A stretch of DNA of 34,140 nucleotides from an uncultured Nitrososphaerota archaeon (GTDB lineage: Archaea; Asgardarchaeota; Njordarchaeia; Njordarchaeales; Panguiarchaeaceae), in assembly GCA_964636085.1 (NCBI GenBank), contig CAZWPQ010000023.1:1-34140 (forward strand), written 5' to 3'. The notes beneath the pieces are model-generated. The model had not been told where the DNA came from. It did not search any database and saw only the letters and a program-made list of their open reading frames with translations. Position 1 is the first letter of the stretch. Each line of letters begins with the position of its first letter. Below are positions 27,059-34,140 of the stretch, piece by piece. Position numbers and translations under genes: made by a program.

Positions 27059-27985
27059 TTAACTAAACTTTACTTTAATGGCGCCTCTTGGACAGGCCTC
27101 TAGACACCTTAGGCACAATATGCATAGTGGGCTACGTATGTGGCCATCATTTATATAATCTAATATTGGCACCTCCATTGGACATACTTTTTCACAGATC
27201 TTACATTCATTACATAGCGCCTTATCAATATATAAATGCAAGAAAGAATATTGTGCACCCATCCCCATGATTGCCCCAAGTGGACATAAAGCCCTACAAT
27301 ATAGTCGCGGGATGTAGTAGATCCCAATTAGGATTATCACCAGAAAGAAGATACGCCAATATAGGTATTTTGGAAGGTAGAATATATCTACGAATTCTTT
27401 TGGCCACAAGTCATGATATGTATACCAGAATAACAGACCGAAGAGCGTGGTTACGGGGTCTATAAATGTTGAGGGAGCGTAGCCAAATTCGCCAAATGAG
27501 GAACGTATGCTGGAGTCTCTCAACTCGTTATAGAATATTGAGACATCAATTATCAAAAAGAGCGCAACTATAAACAAGGCAAATTTCCACATAGTGATGC
27601 TGTTCCTTGGAGATATTCTTTTTTTCTTGCCAAATTTTCCCACGACATCATTTATGAATCCAAATGGACATACCCACCCGCATAATGCCCTGCCAGTGAA
27701 TAATGAGAATAGGCTTATAGCCGCGATCGCAGCGAGGGGTACGATCGCCAATGTGAGCATTACCTCCAATAGTACCCATGCATCCGCCACTATTAAGTAT
27801 GGATTGCTTAGGCCGGTACGTATTGGTAACACGATTGCTGTTGCGGCATAGCCAATTATCCCACCGAATATCACTATAAATGAGAGTATTTGTATAGTTG
27901 TGCGGATAACATCAACTTTATATGGCTTACCAAAAAGCTTTCTCTTAGAATGTTTTGACTTCTTATTTTGTGTGGACATCGCCAT
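27059..27985 (-). CDS. Membrane polyferredoxin (NapH/MauN/YccM-like 4Fe-4S binding protein)
   Basis: GRALCGWVCPFG, RLYCRALCPLG, two CxxCxxCxxxCP motifs, 4-5 TM helices. Confidence 0.92.
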   Translation of the reverse strand: MAMSTQNKKSKHSKRKLFGKPYKVDVIRTTIQILSFIVIFGGIIGYAATAIVLPIRTGLSNPYLIVADAWVLLEVMLTLAIVPLAAIAAISLFSLFTGRALCGWVCPFGFINDVVGKFGKKKRISPRNSITMWKFALFIVALFLIIDVSIFYNELRDSSIRSSFGEFGYAPSTFIDPVTTLFGLLFWYTYHDLWPKEFVDIFYLPKYLYWRIFFLVIILIGIYYIPRLYCRALCPLGAIMGMGAQYSFLHLYIDKALCNECKICEKVCPMEVPILDYINDGHIRSPLCILCLRCLEACPRGAIKVKFS

Positions 27986-28131
27986 TACCTATATCCCGCT
28001 AGTTCATATTTATTAAACTTTGAAAGCATTTCTATGATCATATCCCACTGGCTCAATTTTATTGCAAATATTAGAGCTATTATACCCACTATCAACATTA
28101 ACACTCTCGCACTTCCAGACCTATGCCCCAT
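27985..28131 (-). CDS. Small single-TM protein (48 aa)
   Basis: ATG at 28131 after a GGGGGA RBS; VLMLIVGIIALIFAI helix; stop codon overlaps the next ATG (TAATG). Confidence 0.6.
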   Translation of the reverse strand: MGHRSGSARVLMLIVGIIALIFAIKLSQWDMIIEMLSKFNKYELAGYR

Positions 28132-28142
28132 TTCGTATCCCC

Positions 28143-29162
28143 CTACCCGCCTAGGAATTGCTCTAATATATCGAATCCACCTATAGCAAACCTCATCCAC
28201 AATATTGTTACTTTGCGCACGAATACTTCGGACTCATGAACAGGGGGGAGTTCCTCCAATTTGTTGAGAATCCCTTCATAGCCAACAACTCCTGGGACAC
28301 CCTTGAGCATGGCTACGGATAATTTATTCACATGCTCCTCGCTTACAAGAAACTTGTTATATGCCCCCCTCCATGCGCTTAGTAGTATCAGATTATTTAT
28401 GCCCGCATTAGTAATCACACTGCTCTTTATGGCTTCTAGAAAATGAGATATTATCTTATTACATTTTCTTATTGCTGGCCCAAAGAACCTCGGGGCAAAT
28501 TTACTACTAGCTAATTCATATAACGGAATTCTTATAAGATGCTCCCGTACATAATCCGCGAATTTTGGCACTACAAGCTCCTTTCTGCTCGAAATCGCAT
28601 TATTATATATTGGCATCTCCATTAATACACCATGTATTGGCAACGAATATATGGTGGATTCCTGCGCTCTCTCGGGTATAAATTCACAAACATATGCACC
28701 AATCCCGAATAACCCAACACACTCTTCTCCACTAAGTAGCTTATATATGAATAAATCTTTTACTGATGGTATTAAAAGTGCAACAGAAGACCATAATATG
28801 TTTTTAACAACCCTACCCTCGAACATTCCTAGATATACTGCACCAATGAGCTCTCTCCATTTTGGAAATATCCACAGCTCCATGTCTTTAAGTATGTCCG
28901 CAGATTTTTGTCGGTATAATCCCTCCTGCTCCCTCAGAAAGCTAGTTATTGACGACTTTGAAGGCTTTTTGCCTACTTTTAGCTCAGGGAAGTTATCCCA
29001 TAAGAATTTTATATCATCCATAGACAAACCATATTTCTCGTGGAGCGACCTAGCATCGAACTCATTATTATCAATGGCCACCATAAGAGCACTTATTATG
29101 TTCATCCTTCTCCATATCCCGAGGATCTCATCATATCCAAAAGCCCTCAGATATTCCTTCAA
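28143..29162 (-). CDS. Hypothetical protein
   Basis: 339-aa ORF, TTG start with GGTGG RBS, within the operon; no motif recognised. Confidence 0.75.
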   Translation of the reverse strand: MKEYLRAFGYDEILGIWRRMNIISALMVAIDNNEFDARSLHEKYGLSMDDIKFLWDNFPELKVGKKPSKSSITSFLREQEGLYRQKSADILKDMELWIFPKWRELIGAVYLGMFEGRVVKNILWSSVALLIPSVKDLFIYKLLSGEECVGLFGIGAYVCEFIPERAQESTIYSLPIHGVLMEMPIYNNAISSRKELVVPKFADYVREHLIRIPLYELASSKFAPRFFGPAIRKCNKIISHFLEAIKSSVITNAGINNLILLSAWRGAYNKFLVSEEHVNKLSVAMLKGVPGVVGYEGILNKLEELPPVHESEVFVRKVTILWMRFAIGGFDILEQFLGG

Positions 29163-29201
29163 TCCACCGCCACCATCGAATGTATGCGTTATCTACAGTG
29201 A

Positions 29202-29546
29202 CTATACCTCAAACGCCAACTCGCCCCCCATTTTTTTATGAAGACGAGCCCATCTGAGATGGTTTATTGCTTGCTGATATATCTTCGGAAACCTAGTTAA
29301 CTTTAACATTTCCGTATAGGCATAATAATGATTCCTATTGATCCTATCTAGGGTCTTTGCTATAATAATAATACTCTGCTCACCAGTCCCATTCTTTCTT
29401 ATCCAGTTATCTATAACTATAACAATCTGTCTAAGAATAGCAGCCCTAGCCGAGTGGTGGCTGGGATGCAAATTACTCAGTTTTTGTATAAGCATTTCTA
29501 CCCCAGGTACCGTCATGTCCATCTGCAACACCGTAGTAATCACCAT
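29202..29546 (-). CDS. Hypothetical helical protein
   Basis: 114-aa ORF filling the gap in a co-directional run; TTTATAAA about 10 nt upstream of the first ATG, so the start may be internal. Confidence 0.65.
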   Translation of the reverse strand: MVITTVLQMDMTVPGVEMLIQKLSNLHPSHHSARAAILRQIVIVIDNWIRKNGTGEQSIIIIAKTLDRINRNHYYAYTEMLKLTRFPKIYQQAINHLRWARLHKKMGGELAFEV

Positions 29547-29586
29547 TAAAAAACATATTTATAAAAAACCACAAGAAAAATGATCC

Positions 29587-29991
29587 CTAGGTCTTTTTGA
29601 GTTCTAGGACATAGAAGCCTAGTCCTAGCTCCTCGAGTACATCGAGAAGCCTTTCCTTATTCTCTATTCTAAATAAATGACTGGGGCATCTACAATCGGA
29701 ACATCCAAAATTCTCAATCATTTCCAAACCATTTTCCGCCAACTTTCCCGCAATAAAGCACTCAAGTTTTTTATTACTCTCAATAATTATCACTTCATCG
29801 ACAGTAGATTTCTCTAGGAGATAATCTACATGCCAAAATTTTTTCTTCTCTTTTCTCAAATGCCTTAGTATCCTTGCCCTCAAACCACCAGGCCCAAGGG
29901 CAGAACCAACATATGCATATAGACCTTTCTTGAACGACTTTCTCCCCTTTTTCCCTATTTGTATACTCATGTTACGGGGTACGCTTACCAC
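29587..29991 (-). CDS. DUF123 / GIY-YIG (Uri) endonuclease family protein
   Basis: GLYAYVGSALGPGGL..RI.RH, WHVDYL, EC, FGCSDCRCPSHL; the frame stays open upstream to 30039. Confidence 0.9.
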   Translation of the reverse strand: MVSVPRNMSIQIGKKGRKSFKKGLYAYVGSALGPGGLRARILRHLRKEKKKFWHVDYLLEKSTVDEVIIIESNKKLECFIAGKLAENGLEMIENFGCSDCRCPSHLFRIENKERLLDVLEELGLGFYVLELKKT

Positions 29992-30047
29992 AAGGATGTA
30001 TGTTCCTTTTTTATTCTTAAGTGTCCCGACTATTTTATCTCATCCAT

Positions 30048-30989
30048 TTAGATTCTCTCTTTTGATAGTATAGAGGCCAATACCGCTTTAGCGGAGTGCA
30101 GCCTATTCTCGGCCTGATCGAACACTACACTATGATCTGACTCAAAGACGTCATCCGTTACCTCCTCGCCCCTATGTCGAGGGAGACAATGCATAAATAT
30201 ATAATTACTGTCCGCATGTTTAACGATATCATCGTTGACTTGATATGGCTTAAAAACCCTTATTCTTTCTTCTCTTTCTTTTTCTTGACCCATCGACACC
30301 CACACATCCGTGTATATGACATTTACCCCTCTAATCCCCTCCACAGGCTTATCAGTTATATGCACAGACCCTCCCGATTCGCTTGCTATGGATTTAATTC
30401 TGGATATGAACTCGCTATCTGGCCAATATTCCTTTGGCCCAGCCAATCTTATCTCTAGACCCAGCTTGACTGCACCTACTGCTAGTGATCTTGCAACGTT
30501 ATTGCCAACGTCCCCTATAAAACATATCGCTAGGTTTCTTAGTCTCCCGAATTTTTCATATATCGTCATGAAATCGGCCAATGCTTGTAATGGATGATAC
30601 AGATCACTCAATGCATTAATCACAGGAGCTTTTGAATACTCTGACATTAACTCTAACGTTTTGTGAGAATATACTCTAGCCGCTATTAGATCCACATATC
30701 TATCTACTACCCTCGCGAAGTCTTCTATTGGTTCTCCCCGAGCTATTTGGGTAGTCGTTGCGACTATATATATCGGGCTCAGGCCCAACTGATGACAAGC
30801 GACCTCTAATGAGAGCCGGGTGCGAGTGGATGGTTTCTCAAAGAATAGTGCTGCAGTTTTGCCTCTAATATCACTAAGTTTTGAGTATTCTATGTCTTTA
30901 TTCTTAAACTTTACCGAAAGTTCTATCAGATATGTTATTTCTTCTTTCGTAAAATCCAACAGTGTCAAGAAATCCCTACCATATATCAT
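30048..30989 (-). CDS. argF: Ornithine carbamoyltransferase
   Basis: FEKPSTRTR, HPLQALAD, YTDVWVSMG, HCLP, DQAENRLH. Confidence 0.96.
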   Translation of the reverse strand: MIYGRDFLTLLDFTKEEITYLIELSVKFKNKDIEYSKLSDIRGKTAALFFEKPSTRTRLSLEVACHQLGLSPIYIVATTTQIARGEPIEDFARVVDRYVDLIAARVYSHKTLELMSEYSKAPVINALSDLYHPLQALADFMTIYEKFGRLRNLAICFIGDVGNNVARSLAVGAVKLGLEIRLAGPKEYWPDSEFISRIKSIASESGGSVHITDKPVEGIRGVNVIYTDVWVSMGQEKEREERIRVFKPYQVNDDIVKHADSNYIFMHCLPRHRGEEVTDDVFESDHSVVFDQAENRLHSAKAVLASILSKERI

Positions 30990-31111
30990 TGTTACTCCCC
31001 CATTTCTATTTTTTTCGCTAATTATAAAGGTTCTATATTGGTACTGAAAACTTTAGATATTATACTAGTCGTCGTTTAGGGATATATTATACATCCAGCG
31101 AGGGAAGCATC

Positions 31112-31879
31112 ATGAAAGTATTTGCCCATATATTCCCCCTCCCAGTTAAAAAACAACTCAAGATATGCTTGGAGTTCTCGATTGGTTGTATGGTAACAAT
31201 TTCAACGCCAGTCCTACTATCGCTCAATCAGGATATTATACAGTTAATAAAAATGGCAAGTAGAGAAATCCCAATTGCCATTCATGGCCCATATCATGAT
31301 TTATACCCTGGCTCAATAGACCCCTTCATACGCTCCGTGGCCCTGAGAAGGTATAACCAAGTTTTGGAATTAACCAAGAGTATGGAAATTAAATTCATAA
31401 CCCTCCACCTAAATTATCTCGAGAATATCCATGGACACCATAGAGTAGAATGGTTATCTAATGCTTCCCAGACATTCAGCAAACTCCAATACATCGACAC
31501 GCCTATCCACATTGAAAATACAAAAGAGAGCGACCCTGACATTTTTCTATCTGTCCTCTCTAACATTACTAGACCAAATGTTGGTATGTGTCTTGATATT
31601 GGACATGTTGTTGCATACTCCACAAGGAGCCTAAGAGTGTGGATAAAAAAGCTTTCGAGGTATATCAATGAGCTACATATTCATGAATGCTCTCCTGGTA
31701 GAGACATACATGAGCCGCTTGGAAGCGGTTTAATGGATTGGAACGAAATATTTTGCAGCCTTAATAGTGCGGGTATTAACATATCAAAAGTTTTTCTGAC
31801 CTTGGAGCCAAGGACAGCTGATGAGCTTCGTCAGGATCTACATTATTTGTCCCATGAGCTTGGTTATGATATTCATTAA
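31112..31879 (+). CDS. Sugar phosphate isomerase/epimerase (AP endonuclease 2 TIM barrel) family
   Basis: IHGPYHDLYPGSIDP, IEN, CLDIGH, LHIHE, DIHEPLGSG, TLE. Confidence 0.88.
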   Translation: MKVFAHIFPLPVKKQLKICLEFSIGCMVTISTPVLLSLNQDIIQLIKMASREIPIAIHGPYHDLYPGSIDPFIRSVALRRYNQVLELTKSMEIKFITLHLNYLENIHGHHRVEWLSNASQTFSKLQYIDTPIHIENTKESDPDIFLSVLSNITRPNVGMCLDIGHVVAYSTRSLRVWIKKLSRYINELHIHECSPGRDIHEPLGSGLMDWNEIFCSLNSAGINISKVFLTLEPRTADELRQDLHYLSHELGYDIH

Positions 31880-32829
31880 TAGAAACTCTCCAGTATTTCC
31901 ACAGTAGCCTTTTTTATTACTTCTTTACAACACAATTTTGGCTTCCAACCCAGTCCTTTTAATTTGGATATATCTAATAACATGAGTTTAACATCGCCGA
32001 CCCAACCTCTACCTCCCTCAACACCACCCGTAAACACTAGCTTGGGGCTTAATCCCATCACGTTGCATACGATTTCAGCTATTTCTTTTACTGTTATCCA
32101 ATCCTCATTCCCCACATTGTATATGCCTACTAGATTATCCGAACCCAAAAATGCCTCGAATGCATGTGCTGTCGCATTTATTGCGTCAGATATATGCAGA
32201 TAACTTTTTCTCTGTGTTCCATCGCCCAATATCTCTAGGATCTCTGGATTTCTTTTTAGTTTTGCTATGAAGTCATATATCACGCCATGTTTAAGCCTAG
32301 AACCTACAATATTTGCATATCTAAGTATCAATGCTCTAATTTTAAATGTATGGGCATAACCAGATATTAATGCCTCCCCTGCGAGCTTTGAGGCCCCATA
32401 TATTGATATTGGCTCAAGCTTCGAGTTTTCTGGCGTTGGGATATTCACCTGATCCCCATATACTGTTGATGATGACGCAAAAACAATCAGTTTTACGTTG
32501 TTTCTTCGCATGGCTTCTAGAACATTATATGTAGCGACGATATTGTTGTCCCATATATCCTCAGGTCTCTGGCTTCCTACCCTAACCTCGGAATTTGCGG
32601 CATAGTGAAAAACAGCGTCGATATTTCTGAATAGACCTATATACGTATCGAGGTTTACTAAATCAGCCTGATGAAACTTAAATCGTGGATTGTCAATCCA
32701 TCTTTTTATATTCTCCATAGAGCCTGTTGATAGATTATCTATAACAACAACCTCATGGCCCTTCTCCATAAAATAATCGACTAGATGAGAGCCAATAAAG
32801 CCAGCCCCACCAGTAACGATTATACGCAT
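31876..32829 (-). CDS. NAD-dependent epimerase/dehydratase (UDP-glucose 4-epimerase-like)
   Basis: TGGAGFIGSH, ASSSTVYG, YGASK, RYANIVG, GDGTQRKSY. Confidence 0.93.
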   Translation of the reverse strand: MRIIVTGGAGFIGSHLVDYFMEKGHEVVVIDNLSTGSMENIKRWIDNPRFKFHQADLVNLDTYIGLFRNIDAVFHYAANSEVRVGSQRPEDIWDNNIVATYNVLEAMRRNNVKLIVFASSSTVYGDQVNIPTPENSKLEPISIYGASKLAGEALISGYAHTFKIRALILRYANIVGSRLKHGVIYDFIAKLKRNPEILEILGDGTQRKSYLHISDAINATAHAFEAFLGSDNLVGIYNVGNEDWITVKEIAEIVCNVMGLSPKLVFTGGVEGGRGWVGDVKLMLLDISKLKGLGWKPKLCCKEVIKKATVEILESFY

Positions 32830-32830
32830 G

Positions 32831-33496
32831 TTATTCCCACCTACTCTTTCTAATAAATCTCCCGAGTAAAAATATGCATACCAAAGGTAATAAAATCGTT
32901 ATTCCTATGGCTATGGGATAGCCACAGATTGCGCCCTCAGGGGGGTAGGGCCTCGGTTTTTTTCTAACCTCTATCCTTGCACCATTTACCTCAATTTTGG
33001 TCTCTGCAATAATTTCGCCCTTTACCTGCGTAAAAGTGATAATGCTGGATTCTATCTTATATGTGCCATTTTTATTGAACCTAAGTGTAATCCAGTGTAT
33101 AAATTTTGATGACATATTTATACGTTTAATGGATATAGAGAAATTACAGTATTCCTCGCCTCTCGTTTCGTATTCAGTTGTCACTCCCGACTCATTTAAG
33201 TAATCAACAACATCTACCCCCACAAAGGGTCTCAAAACTAGAAAGCAGGATATATTATACAGCACCCATGTTCCGGGGTTATCTATGATTGTATATATTT
33301 TAACGGCCTCGCCTTCATATATCTCGGTAGTATTTAATACCCTAATAACAGTAACATTTTCTGTTGTCTCCGCGATTATGTGTCTAACACCACGGTTATA
33401 GTTATATGTCTGTATGCCTCTCGATGAGGCACATGTGGACGCAATTAAAAACAACACAAGTATTGTTAGGCTCCCCTTCACCATACTTAACCACAT
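32831..33496 (-). CDS. Type I membrane protein with an Ig-like domain, TRAP-beta (SSR2)/DUF11-like
   Basis: Signal peptide, beta-rich domain with EG..N.G and RI...S...H...LR..K.G.Y...S..ITF, single C-terminal TM helix and basic tail. Confidence 0.65.
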   Translation of the reverse strand: MWLSMVKGSLTILVLFLIASTCASSRGIQTYNYNRGVRHIIAETTENVTVIRVLNTTEIYEGEAVKIYTIIDNPGTWVLYNISCFLVLRPFVGVDVVDYLNESGVTTEYETRGEEYCNFSISIKRINMSSKFIHWITLRFNKNGTYKIESSIITFTQVKGEIIAETKIEVNGARIEVRKKPRPYPPEGAICGYPIAIGITILLPLVCIFLLGRFIRKSRWE

Positions 33497-33520
33497 CCAA
33501 ATCCCATTTTTGGGTTCATA

Positions 33521-34069
33521 TTAGGGCGATATTAATTTATCCGAATTTGTTGTAAAAAAGCCATCACCCATATATAGTACGTGCTTGGCCTTCGAAGGGT
33601 CAAATATTCTGTCTTTTAGATATCCCCTATCCACCCATACTACTAGTACTTTCCCAACAAAAAATTCATGATCACCAACAGTAAAACTGTCTACAACTTT
33701 GCATTCCAAAGCAGCTAATGATTCTTCTATCAATGGCGCATTGATCTTCCCTGGCTTTTTTATGGTTAGCCCATACTTCTCGAATTTGTTTATAGTCCTT
33801 CCAGAAACGCTTCCAACACCAAGAACGCTAGAGACTTTAGAGATAGGCAAGAAACAGACTCCAAAGTCACCATACTTTCTTATAAGTTCATATGTATAGC
33901 GCTTAGGAGATATAGCCACGCCAAAGAGCGGGGGCCTAACACTAAGAGGTGTTACCCAGGATGCTGCCATCGCGTTTGGTTTATCCGTAGTACCGCTCGT
34001 AATAACTGGTGTTATTGCTGGATATGTAAGATAGTGAAATTTTGATATATCGTCGGATTCGACAAGCAT
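33521..34069 (-). CDS. Flavin reductase family protein
   Basis: NAMAASWVTPLSVRPP, RYTYELI, GSVSGR..KF, LECKV, GDHEFFVGKV. Confidence 0.93.
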   Translation of the reverse strand: MLVESDDISKFHYLTYPAITPVITSGTTDKPNAMAASWVTPLSVRPPLFGVAISPKRYTYELIRKYGDFGVCFLPISKVSSVLGVGSVSGRTINKFEKYGLTIKKPGKINAPLIEESLAALECKVVDSFTVGDHEFFVGKVLVVWVDRGYLKDRIFDPSKAKHVLYMGDGFFTTNSDKLISP

Positions 34070-34140
34070 TCATAACCCCTCGAAACCCAATACAAAAAAT
34101 TTGTTTATTATTCATCGAACTTTAGGGCCTGCTCATACAT

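Noticed and set aside
28651-29241. Long antisense ORFs (also 2882..3388, 9634..10092, 12033..12530 and others)
   Set aside because: Shadow frames of better-supported genes on the opposite strand.

Overview
AT-rich, gene-dense archaeal chromosomal window with about 37 CDS, mostly on the minus strand and with frequent TTG/GTG starts. No rRNA, tRNA, CRISPR array or intact transposase was seen. A Rab-like small GTPase, a roadblock protein and a TRAP-beta-like protein suggest an Asgard-type lineage (inference). Housekeeping genes include fumarate hydratase alpha (partial), radical SAM/SPASM, thiI, geranylgeranyl reductase, pyrI, hypA with an ATPase-type HypB, nadE, alba, argF, a GalE-like epimerase, archaemetzincin and a flavin reductase. 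There are two accessory zones. The first (about 4.1-8.4 kb) holds a VapBC pair, a decayed antitoxin, a multi-stem intergenic element, a beta-helix surface protein and a PaREP1 gene. The second (22.9-24.7 kb) is a transposase-less 1.6-kb cassette bounded by perfect 101-bp inverted repeats with palindromic ends; it carries a TauE/SafE transporter gene and abuts a truncated ATPase gene. The best leads are this cassette, an orphan helical protein ending in a proteasome-docking HbYX motif (MYG), the TRAP-beta-like protein, the candidate structured RNA, a tandem PRC-barrel protein, a double GT-C fusion and a divergent TFB. All family calls come from motif recognition by eye; no searches were run.
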